Origin: Rhizaria sp. SCN 62-66
Lineage: Eukaryota
Length of the DNA stretch: 64,000 nt
Assembly: GCA_001724265.1 (NCBI GenBank)
Contig: MEDY01000233.1
Location: forward strand, 1-64,000
Direction: 5' to 3'
Both the position numbers and the translations under genes were made by a program. The notes beneath the pieces are model-generated. The model saw nothing but the letters and a program-made list of their open reading frames with translations. It was not told where the DNA came from and did not search any database. Shown in pieces: positions 36,470 to 48,200 of the stretch (the stretch's first letter is position 1; each line of letters starts with the position of its first letter).

Positions 36470-37216
36470 ATGTCTTCCCTGCGCGCCCCCGAGCATCCGT
36501 TCCCGTCGCTGTCGTCGCTCTCCGCGCCCGCCCAGGCGCTGCTGGCGGCGCACTCGTGGCCCGGAGAGCCTACGGGCACGGTGTTCCTCGACCGCGCGCA
36601 CCTCATCGAGGCCGCGGGCGACTGGGAGTTCGCCGCCGAGCTGCTGACGGACATGCTGGCCGAGCTGGCCACGGCGCTGCCCGCGATCGAGGACGTGGCC
36701 TTCCTGGGCGGCAACTGCGACTCGACGCTCGACACCTCAATGCCCACCTCGGTGCGCGCGCTCTCGCAGGCCGACGCCGCCGCGCTGGGCAAGACCGCGC
36801 ACGGGCTCAAGGGCGCCGCGCTCAACCTCGGCCTGCAGCAGTGCGCGCGCGCCGCGCAGGGCGTCGAGCTCATCGGCAAGACCCTTGCCGAGCGTGCCGC
36901 CGCCGCGGGAGGGCAGTGGGAGAGTATTGACCAGGGTACGCCAAGACAGACCAAAACATTGAATGAGCTCTTTATGCCGAAGATTAGTATCTAGTGTTGT
37001 TAATTTGAGATATAGCTATATATTATGTATATATTTGCAATATATCTCACTGTAATGTTTTATCTTGTTTTCTCACCATTTATGTTCTCTCGTATTCGCT
37101 CTTTATTCCTCAAATCGCCAGAGCTCTTCTCGCTGCTGCCGCCTCTGTGCGCCCGCCTGCGCGCGCTGCACATCGACCTGCAGACACTCGTCGAGGCCGG
37201 CTTCCAGAACGAGTGA
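36470..37216 (+). CDS. Stand-alone histidine phosphotransfer (HPt, Ypd1/AHP-like) protein (~186 aa). Exons 36470-36935, 37122-37216.
   Basis: LDRAHLIEAAGDWEFAAELLTDMLAEL helix, then phospho-acceptor motif AHGLKGAALNLGLQQCARAAQGVE. Phase-1 intron 36936-37121; TGA stop. Confidence 0.85.
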
Positions 37217-37479
37217 GCTCCCGCCCCGGGCCCGCCCAGGCTCTTGCACGCCTGCACGCCTGGGCATGGCACGCCTGGGCACGCCAGTGGACGCGGACGC
37301 GGACGCGGACGCGCGCGCTGGCTGCACTCAGGTGTGCAGCTCGCGTGTGCCGCCCACGTGTGCCAAGAGAGAGAGCGCCTGGAGCGTCCTCTCTTCGCTC
37401 GCTGACTCGTCGAATAACGACGAGTGGGTGACGCCCCTCGGTCTGTGACCTGACCTGCGCTGTCCGCCAGTCTGCCGCC

Positions 37480-37528
37480 GCATCGCGCATCGCGCATCGC
37501 GCATCGCGCATCGCGCATCGCGCATCGC
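37480..37528 (+). repeat. (GCATCGC)7 perfect heptanucleotide tandem repeat downstream of the HPt gene
   Basis: Direct reading of seven consecutive GCATCGC units. Confidence 0.9.
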
Positions 37529-38455
37529 ACGTCGTGCGGTGGCGGCGGCTGACGACTGCTGCGCTGCGCTGCTGCATCGGGCACTCGGCGACCGGGAGGT
37601 GCGCTCTTACGCACACATGCGAATCGCACACAAGTGTTACCTATGTCCGTCCGTGTGGCTTTGTGTGGGTGCATGTTGTCTGTGTCCTCGTGTCTAGGAG
37701 GGCTGGGTACGCCTCCGCGGCTGTGTAGGACAGCGGTTAACCGTGATTTACTATGAAGTTAACTTCTGTCTGTCACTGACGTGATTCCTTTTTTGACGGT
37801 CTTCTCTCTTCTTGTGTGTGTTTGTTTGTCTTTTTGTTTAATGTTGTCAACGACGCACTTCACACTCCGACTTATAGTGTGGCTTTTACTTTTACTACTA
37901 CTCTTACTACTGCGAGTACCAATTGACTGTGTATGCTCTCGAAATACGACATGCGTGTACGGATATGGCTTAATGATTTTTTCAAGAAACGCAAAAGAAA
38001 TGAAGCTTTTTTTTGGTACACAAAACACTAAGTATTCGACTTGTGCGTGTGGCAATGACATGTCACAAGTGCACGCGTCGACTCGTACACGCATCATTAT
38101 CACTTATTCGCATGATTATCTTGTTTTTCTCTGTCTCGTTCGTAGCGCTTGTATGCAATGAGTTTGGTTGCACGCAAGGATAACTAAAGCAAGGTCTTTT
38201 TTTATTCGTCTCCACAACTACATATCTGACAACTTAACGATTAGCTTATTACAATTAAGAATAATTCTCACCGCTACAACAATTTCAACATCCAATAAAC
38301 AATTTTCGTAATCATCTCCAGCGACCACAGGCTGCAATACGAGAGTGTCAAAAATTAAGAGATCGTGCCTGTGCGCTCGTTGTCTGTCGTGGACAGCGCG
38401 CGAGCGCAAAAAAACGGTGTGCCGACGTACATGTGGGGGGGCCAAGCAGTCGTGG

Positions 38456-38474
38456 AAAAAAATCCAAAAATAAA
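38456..38474 (-). terminator. RNA polymerase III oligo-T terminator of tRNA-Asp
   Basis: Minus strand TTTATTTTTGGATTTTTTT immediately 3' of the tRNA. Confidence 0.7.
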
Positions 38475-38475
38475 G

Positions 38476-38547
38476 CTCTCTGACCGGGAATTGAACCCGG
38501 GTCTCCTCCGTGACAGGGAGGAATACTAGCCACTATACTATCAGAGA
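38476..38547 (-). tRNA. tRNA-Asp(GUC), 72 nt, intronless
   Basis: Minus strand TCTCTGATAGTATAGTGGCTAGTATTCCTCCCTGTCACGGAGGAGACCCGGGTTCAATTCCCGGTCAGAGAG. Acceptor stem TCTCTGA/TCAGAGA, A-box TAGTATAGTGG, anticodon stem CCTCC/GGAGG with loop CT-GTC-AC, B-box GGTTCAATTCC, discriminator G. Confidence 0.95.
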
Positions 38548-39296
38548 TTAGTGGAGAAACGGACGAAATTTTGTACTTAAATAGGACATTAATTAGGTAA
38601 AAAATGAAGGAGATATAAGACACGTTTTATAGATTTGTCTAGGTTTTTGAAATCAATGCCAGGCTTATATTTGTTATATATTAAAAAATTAACCCACATA
38701 GACACAACAATTAAGCGTGGGAGGAATACACAGATGAAAAACGGCCTCATGCATCGCGGAGCGTTGCCGTTGGCCACGGTGGTGGAGAGACCAACTGGCC
38801 AGCGTGACCGACGAGTCGAAAAGGAAAAGGGGAAGATGGCTAGGAGATGTTGTCGTGTACAGTGTGTCCTGAGTTCTAAAGCACTACAATTTTGTTACTG
38901 CCGGGTTTACAAATATATATTTTGCTGGGATTTAATTCTACATATGCGTGTTTCGTCGTTTGTTATTGTCAAAAGTAAATTGGGAGAGACGTCACTTGGT
39001 TGTCAGTTGAATGGCAAGTAGATTTGCGAGATAAACACTTTGTCGTACGACTGTTTGTCTTTAGTTGTGTTAAGATCCAATGAACGCTTGCACTCTAAGC
39101 GTTTTCGTTTCTCACAAACATATGCACCCACATTTTACGCCAATTTTGAAGCTTTTCTCAAGTGTGTCCGAGCCCTCCTCTTCTCGGTGACCTCGCACTC
39201 CTGAGTTTCCACTAGGGGCGAACCAGGACTTCATAGTCTTTTTAAGACATTTTAACGCTTGGATTTTGGTAGATCACAACGTGTTCTACAAGAATA

Positions 39297-42200
39297 ATGA
39301 GCGCGCATTGCGTTTTACGAGTATCCAGACTCGTCCACACCTTCTTTGCGACGTGGGCTCTGCTCCTCGCCACTCTCAGCTCCCCCAGCACAATATTCTC
39401 CGTCAATGCCCGTACGTCGCTCAATTCTCTCTATATACCGGTTATATGAAGGAAAAATGCCTTTTGTGGGAGTATATCCCGCTTTCAATCCCAGAATGTG
39501 CGATTTACCCCTTAACTCACACTATATCCATGATGTCCGGACTATTCCCTCTCCACTTCGTCACTCCCACTCCTCTTCTCGCTCAACCTCCGCGCCGTGC
39601 CCAGAACTCTTGACGGACCCTCCGTCACAGGTCAGCCATATCAGTGGCGCGACTGTGAGCGCGGATGCGTTTCTGGGCACGACGACGTGCTTAGTGTCGC
39701 ACCTCTACACGCGTTCTGGCGAGAACGTCGACAACTCTCTCCGCATCACGCTAGTCGGCTTCCTGGGGCTAGGCCTCGTCGAGCGCTCGGGGCCCAGTCC
39801 GCGGCTGCTGGTGCACGAGCGGCCAATTTGGGGCGTCGATGCTGGAGCCACGTCAGCGTAGCATAGCGTGTTCAGCGGAGCGGTCTATAACAACACCTCG
39901 GCAGACAGCAACTACGAGTCGACTTGCACCGTCCAGTCGGGCAGTGCAACTGTGACGGCCTCGCTTGCGTACAAGGCGGAGCTGCATACCGACAACATCA
40001 ACTGGAACCGATGGCTGGAGATCAAGAGTGACACCCCCGACGGAGGCTTCATGAAGGACTTGCAGAACCAAATGCTCGCGAGCAGCGGGCGCGTCAATGA
40101 AGACTCACTCTCGCTCATCATCACGTGTTCTGTACGTCACACAAAGTTAATTATATTTTTATCCATGATACTAGGATGATTTCGATTTATATGGCAGTCA
40201 TTACATGGTAAAAGTTTAAGAATCCTCCGTTTTACACATTTTTCATCTTACAACTCTTTCTGACAAACTCTTATGGTTATCTTAATTTACAGGGCTTTTC
40301 GTATACGCGTGCGAAGATGATGGACATGCGCATGATGCGCGTTGCCTTTGACTATGGCGGCACACTCGCAGCCGCAAACACCGGCTGCGTGTACCAGCCT
40401 CCGCCGACGCAGCGTCTATACGGCAACCCAATCGCGACGGTCACGCCTCCTGTAGTCACAGCAACGCCCGGTGAGTACGAGTCGTTTATCGCGGTAACGT
40501 TTGTTGCGACATCGTTCTTCTTGCCCGTCACGGACCCGCTGGAACTTGTGCTTATGCTCAACGGCCTTAAGTTCACGAAACACAACGCACTGGCGTTAGC
40601 GGGCGACGAGTGCACTCTGACGCACGGCACCACGGCGTACGTCAACGCCAACGCTGGCGGCGGCGCGACGGAGACGATCGCATTTACGCCGCTGTCAGTC
40701 GCCACTACGGCGCAGGTGCCGCATATTCTGCGTTGCCCAATGCGCGGCGTGCCCACAACGCGCGCCAGCTCCGCATTGGCGAATTCGTTCACGCTCGCGC
40801 TCACTTCGGGCGCGGGGGAAGTGCTGACCACCACCGTGGCCGACAACGCCTTCACATCAGGCTCATTAACGGCACACGTCGCCGCATGCACGCCCTACGC
40901 CGAAGACGGCATGATGGGATCCTGCGTGCTAATTGCAACGCTGTCTACGGCGCCAGCGTTTGTCGTGGATAAGGTGTTTCTGTCCCCAACGTCCATGTCA
41001 AACTCAACCACGGGCAACTTTGCCAACCTGTCTCTCTCGCTCACTTTTTTTGATCCCGTGACGGGTGACTCGGTAAATGTGCCGTCGTCGTACATTTGGG
41101 CTAACAGCGGCGAGTGCGAGGCGTTGCTTCCGGCCGGTTCGGCCGCCAAGTCCATGGGCACCAGCATCCTGATCGGCACTCTCCACAACTTCCCCGTGGT
41201 CACGACGGCGCTGTCGGATGAGATGTCAACGATCTCCTACGCCGTCTTTGGACATCAGCCCAACGTGAACTCGCTTATGCAGGAGTTTGAGTACACAACC
41301 TCGGTCAACTTGCGCACAGCGGGCTCCAAACTCGCAATAGGAGAGGCGCCCGCCCTCGCGTTTCACTACTGGGCCTACGCGACGGCCATGCCGACACCGT
41401 GCGTGCTTGCGCTTATCCTGACCAACGTCAACAATGCTGCCAACGCTGATGTGTTCGAGGTTGAAAACGCGTATCAAGTCTTCAAAGAGCTGAATGACTT
41501 GACGTGCGTTGCCACGTTTCCGGGAGGCACCACCGAGACCTTTGACGTCGGAAGCGGGATCACGCTGCCAACCGCGGGCGACACATCACTGCGTCTCAAG
41601 CTTAATCTTGGCGGCAACACGCTCCTCGATTTTGGCGGCGCTGTGCTTGTCAAGTGCACAACTTCTATGGACGCACTGCTGGAGAACCCCGATGAGTATG
41701 CGGCGTCCGCTGCACGCATGCACGTGCTTGGAGCAGACGGCGTGACTCGCGCAGGCACAGTACTTGAGTACCCGCTCAGCGCCGACGCGCGGCCCGGCGT
41801 TGCAACGACGACGTGGGATGACTGCACAGGCACACAGCGCGTGGCTAACATAATCGTCTCGGGCCCAGAGGCTTTGTTCCCAAACAAGAACCAAGTCGTC
41901 TCCCTGGCGCAGACGAAGCACCGCTATTCAGCGTATTACGGCACGGACTTTGAGTCGATAGCGGTTGCAGGCGTATCTTTCTCATGCCTGCTTGACAGTG
42001 TCACAGGTTCCACTATGCCTACGGCACTGAGCTTGAGCGTAAGCGTGCCATATGTCGGGCAGCTCAACATTAACACGCTGAGTCAGGGACAAACATGCCT
42101 GCTATTGCATGTGCGCCTTGTCTTTACACAAATCGCTGCGTTTATTAATACGTGTCACGGCGCTCTCTTTGTGCGCTCAGTCTTTGTTGGCTTGAAATGG

Positions 42201-45200
42201 GGTGTTTCTGAGCTGCTGAGCTCTGAGACGTACCGTAACGTGCGTCCGCCAATCGTGCAGTGGGAGAAGTCGCCGCTACCGTCACCCCTTTACAGCGCGT
42301 CGCCCCTGATTAACACGCTGACCGTTATCTATGTCACTGCTGACCGGTGGGAGGATCCCAATCTGAACTTTTTAGTCCCAAGCCTCTGGACACTATCATC
42401 AGCATGCACAGTCACTTACACTTGGCTGCTTAAGTCAGGCAGCGCCTTGCAGACTCTCACTAACACGCGTACAATTGCGCAGGTCTCCGCAGCCGCCATG
42501 ACCGCCAGCACACAATTTCAAAACGACAAGTCCGGCCTGCCAACCGTTGCTGGCACACTTAATGCGTTCAATAGCTTCCGGCTGCACATGAAGCTGATGT
42601 GTACTGTCGTGTCAACGCCCCATACGCAGTTGTCACTGCAGTTTGGTCTGGATGCCACTCAACGTGTGTTTGTGCCGCTTGCACGCGTCCCGTGGGCCGC
42701 ACTTAAGGTCTTTGCGCACACAGACTACTCTCGATTCGACCCTGTAACGGGCACAAAGTCTGAGGTCGCAAAGCTTCTCACACCCATAGAGCTCAGGGTC
42801 TGCGTTGCGGGCAACTATTACGAGGACTACACGCAGCGTTGGGCGCAGGAAATTGCAACACAAGGCTTGAACGCGGCATATGACGCGATTTTTGTTGTTA
42901 CGCCGCCTTCATCTACAATGTCTCTAATTGCGAACTCAAGTTATACGCACACCACTTCTGCCACCGCTGTTGTCTACGCACTGCCCCCACTAACCGGCAC
43001 ACTAGCCGCAAACTGGCTTGATATGGATTTGCAGCCGCGCATTGAGTTTCGCGGTTCTGGTTGGATCCATCTTGCGGTGGCGGTGAACATTTCCTCAAGT
43101 GTGACAAACTTGCTCGAAACAAGTATCTTCATCCAGGCTACATGCTCGCTCGCTCTTTTTACCACTGCGCTTGCGACGACTACAGGCACACCTGTTGTTG
43201 CGGTGCCGTCGCCCGCAGGCTCCGGCGACGAGTGGCCCGTAGGCTCAACCATCACGGCAAGTTGTGACACTGGTTACTCCTTTGACGGCACCATCTCAAC
43301 CATAGGCGATTACAGTTTCACGTGTAGTAGCTTTAACGTTTGGACTTCCACGATAGGCACACTTAGCACCTGCGTGCGCGTGCCAGTATGTCTCCAAAAG
43401 TCGTTCGGTGCGGGCGTAGTAACTCCGACAATGCAGGATATGGATAGTCTTGATGCTATAACTACCGCCAGCTGCGATGATGGCTACACGGCGCGCGATG
43501 ATCTTCCGTCATCCGCGATCTACAAGTGCACGCAGACGGGTTCTGATGAGTACAATTGGAGCCTTGACGTCAATGAGATTGCAATTGTGTGTGTTCCACA
43601 CTGCATTCCAATTGCAGACTATGACCCAAACATTGACACAGTTATCTACTCCGGCAACGGAGAGCCTGCACTGTACAACGTTGCTACGGTTACAAGCTGT
43701 GCAACAGGTTTTATGATAAACCCAGTGCTATTGGCGCTGCAGTGTGAGCTGGATCAGCTCATAAACTCTGCGTGGTCTCAGCCCGCATCGTACATAGCTG
43801 ACAGCGTGTGTCTTCGTGTTGCTTGTCCGGTGCCCTTTGTCGACAGTACAGGCACCGTGTACACGTACACGTTCAACTCCACCACGCTGACCGGCACACC
43901 CACAGCCTTTGCCGAGACCACTGCGGCTGCTGTCTCGTGTCTGCCCGAGTATGAACTTCCCACGGGCGGCGTCTACAGCACAATCTGCGACGTTGCAGGC
44001 TGGGCTGACGCCGCACTCACAATGTGCGTGCCCAAGACGTGCCCCGAGTTCCCGCTCACGGGCTACAGCAACGTCGTTGCCTCAGGAACAACATCTGTGG
44101 TTGGTGATGAGTTCAGACCGGTCTGCGAATAGCACTGGGTTGCGCCCAACGATGACAAGGCCGTGTACACATGTGAGCTCAAGGGCGATCTTTCAGCTGA
44201 CTGGCGCGAAAACGCCACTGTAACGCCGCCAGTGTGTGTTGAAGGATGTGCGGCTCTGGAAGTGCCCATTGGTGGGAATTGGCAGTTCATAAGCGGTTAC
44301 AGCAGCGGCACGGTTCCAACAGTTGGCGCGACGGCCAACATTGTTTGCGACTACGGGTACACACTTGACCCACCGCTCGCGGTCGCGCCGCCCGTTTGTG
44401 TTGACAATGGGGATGGTACGCGTTTGTGGGACCGCGATGGTAGCAATGAGTGCGTTGAGGCATGTCCACAGGCGCCGCCGCAGTCCAACACACTTTTTGG
44501 CGTGTGGATCAACGATGCCACGAGTGCTGTGATGAATTGGTCTGTTGCAGCACCAGTTGGCACCCAAGTCATTCTGACGTGCTTGCCAGGCTACGCAGTC
44601 AACGGTATTGACGGTGACTATACGATTCAAAGCACGTGCCTGCAGGACAAGACGTGGAGCACAGCTAACAGTGTGGATGTATGCGAGCCCCGTACCTGCC
44701 CGCTCTACGCGGCAGACGCGTCATTTGAGTCATTCACCACAGTGCTTGTGCTTGGTGCCACCGCAAGTGTGGTTTGTGCAACTAACTTTATTTCGCTCTC
44801 GGAACACGCGAGTGCAATGGTTGAATGCCGCGTTAGTTCCGCGGACAATGTGACAATGGAAAACGTTGTCACCAACGTCGAAGGCCTGCCTACTTGCGTG
44901 CCGCAGTGCCCTGCGGTGACAATGGGGTCTAACTGGCTGAACATGAGCTATTCCACCGGCACTTACGCAACCGAGGGTGCTGTCCTTAATATCTCCTGCA
45001 AAAGCTCGTTTGTGCTTGATCCCATGCTGGATACGTATCAATGTTCCATGGTCTCTCCAGGTGTCGTTGATTGGAGCCCCTCAGGCATCTCGAACATTGA
45101 CCCTTGTATCGCGGGCTGTTCACCACCAGTGCGCGCAAGCACAACAGTGGTTGAATATTACCAGAGCGGCAGTTCTGACCCGGTCACTCTCGAAGGCTCA

Positions 45201-48200
45201 GGCACCTATGTGCCCATTGACACCGAGGTTAAATTACGTTGTCTGTCGGGCTTTGCAGTTGATTCTGTTGCTGGTGCAGGCAACTACACTGCGGTTTGTA
45301 CTTCGCTCGGCGTTGGTCTTGGCGCAGAATGGTCAGATGAGTCTGCAGTCCCTGCTTGTGCTCCCACGGCGTGCGCTGCACTTGAAGCCAACACCACAGC
45401 AAGCAATACCATTGCCGTTCAAACAGGGTACGTGGTAGGGCAGACGGCGGAGTATGTGTGCGCGCCCGACATGTTCCGCGTGAGTGGTAACTCCAAGCGA
45501 AGCTGCTCTATTCCAGCTGACTACAATGGGGCGGAATGGGAACTGCTCTATCCACTCGAAGGCGAACTTGAGTGTATGCCGCAGTGCGACGCGCTTGTGC
45601 CGACAAATGCATGGAGCTTCATTTCGTATAGTGTCGCCGAAGTAGGAGACCCACGACTCCCAAACATTGTGGCAACGCTCTCGTGCGGTCCTGAACATCA
45701 ATTAAGCCACGATGCACCAGAGAAGCTCACATGTATTGTGCCAGACCCTGTCAACGCGCCTTTAATTGTGGCCTGGTCTGCGGTTGTTGACACTGCGACA
45801 TGGCTTGCCGGTGCATGCCAACCCACGTGTCTTGGCGCGCCGTCGTCATTGGAAGCCCCAGGATCCCAGTTTGTCTTTACGTACTCTTCAGACGGCTTGC
45901 CTTCGCCCGTGAGCGAGCGCTATACTGTGGGTGTTGTCGCGGAGCTGACGTGCGACTTGGGCTACGACGTCAATGGTGAAATGGGCACGAAGATTGCTGA
46001 TACAATCTGCGTTGATGGCTCCCCACCAACATGGATTGACGAGCTCGCGTGTGTTCCGCGCACGTGCAATCCGTTTAGTCCACCTACAGGAACCCTGACG
46101 GATGCTGACCAAGTCATTCCTTACACACTTGGAATGTCAGTAACGGTTACGTGTGATGATGGGTACAAGCCTTTGATGTCCGGACATAACGGAATATCAA
46201 CTGCAGTGTGTGCGGTTGACACGTCAAGCGAAGAGCTTTACTGGGCGTATCCCGAGATTGGGGTGTTTCCCTGCGTGGCTGTGTGCCCCACGCTAACCAT
46301 GCAATCGACATGGGACTGGGTTGATTATGAGACTTAGTACGCCGACGGTGTGCTCAACTTTGGCTCGGTTGCCCTCATTACGTGCGCAGAAAACTATACT
46401 TTGCACGCAGATTTGATAGCCGCGCCGCCCACGTGCATCTTTAATGACGACCCCGAGACAAATCCTCCTGAAGCCATCTGGTCGCGAGACAACGTGTGGC
46501 TTGACCAGAACGCGTGCGTTCTTAACGGCTGCACGGAATCTCCTGTTGCTGGAGCTAACGTACAGTCTCCTGGTGAATGGTTTTACACGCTTGCTGGGAA
46601 CGCTTATGTCGCTCCAGTCGCTCCTGACAATCTGTTTTTCGCTGGCGTTGTCGCAACACTCCAATGTCAGCCCGGTTACGAGGCATCAAAGCACGAAGAT
46701 GCTGCCGTATCGACTTCCGAATGCTTTGTTGACTTCTCTCAGTCTCCAGCGGTGGGTGTGTGGAGCCCCACGGCAACGTGCAAAAACTCTATCTGTGCAG
46801 ATCCAGCGTTACAAGTGCAGCAAAACCATCTTGTGTACACCACCGAGACTGAGAACTTGGTGGCCTTACGTACCACAGGCTTGCTAAGCTTTGATAGCGT
46901 TGTTGTTGAATGCGACGTTGGTTACGCGAGTGCGGCTGCGTCAAAGTTGAGCTACACGTGTCAGCCTAACATTGACGATCCTGATCAGCTCGAGTGGGTT
47001 ACTATGGTAAATGCTGAGGTGCCTGTCTGCGAGGTCGCAGGCTGTCTCCCAATTGAGAGCTTGCTGCCTGGTTATATCTTCGTTGCCAGCTACTCGCAGC
47101 CACAGGACAACGAAACGCGCTATCCCGTCGGCACAGTCATTTCTTTTTCATGCGCAAGTCCAATGGTGCCTGCACCCGCGCCAACTGCAGTGACATGCAT
47201 CAGTGACGCAGCTGCGCCAGGGGGGTCTCGTTGGAGCGCGCAGCCGAGTGAGATGCTGTCGCTCTCATGCGCAAATAGGTGCATAATTGCTGAGCTTGGC
47301 GGCTTTGCAAACGCGGAACTTCTAGATACAAGCAACACAGTCTTGAACCGCGACGTAGTGGAGATATACGCAAGCGAGCAGAACGTATATACCGTACGCT
47401 GCAACACGGGCTACGCCTTTGCGGCAGATCCTACGGCTGGTGTTTGGAGCAGCACTGTGCGCTGTCAAAGCACCGGGTGGGAGGCTGTAACAGGCCTTGC
47501 ACAAGTCGCAGATTGTGCGCCACAGCTGTGCCCTCAGCTGACGACGGATCCGACGCTGACTGCAAACGTGACATATCCAGCGGTGTATCTTGTTGAGGCA
47601 TCATATACGTGTACCGAGAATTTTTACGACACAAGTATTCGTGCTGGAGCCGCCGTGCCATTCAAGTGTGACGTGGTAGATCCTGTGGCTAATATTGCTG
47701 CGTGGATACAGCAGGACGCTGGTCCACTACCTACGTGTGTGCCACAGTGTCCGCTTCTTGCGTTCTCTGATGCACTCTTATTGCCATCTTACAGCAGTGC
47801 TTCGCGAACCGACGGCACGACTATGGCGCTTTCTTGCAACGCGCCTTTCTTAATCCGCAACTCAATTGCTGAGCTTAATATTGTCTGTGTTATCACTAAC
47901 GATGTTGCGGTGTGGACCCCAAACCCGCAGCAGCACGTCAATGTCAGCACTGCGTGCCTTAATTTGTGCGCGTTGTCTGGCCTCCCAAGCGCAGCCGGAC
48001 TTGAATGGGACGCTCTTGCTCTTGAGAATGATGATAAGCCAGGGTACTTTGCTACTGATGATGGCTTTATGGCTTCTTGCAGTGACACTACTCAGGCTCT
48101 TAAGGGAAGCACTAAAGGCACGTTTGAAATGACCTCGACAGTGCTTTGCGCCGGTTATCCTGCTGCCTGGGCCTTTACAAGCGCCAGTCCTACAATTGAG

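Noticed and set aside
37480-37528. (GCATCGC)7 or the 21-nt RLDF repeats as a CRISPR array or telomeric repeat
   Set aside because: No spacers and no cas genes in a eukaryotic context; the unit is not telomere-like.
38476-38547. The tRNA as a possible UAG suppressor
   Set aside because: The anticodon is GTC with normal Asp features, not CTA.
44121-46337. In-frame TAGs as 3' ends of micro-introns (e.g. GTCTGCGAATAG 44121-44132, GTTGATTATGAGACTTAG 46320-46337)
   Set aside because: The modelled introns are 91-286 nt, usually pyrimidine/AT-rich with GTACG donors. These candidates are 12-18 nt without those signals, and the first would delete a Sushi cysteine. RNA-seq is needed to exclude them formally.
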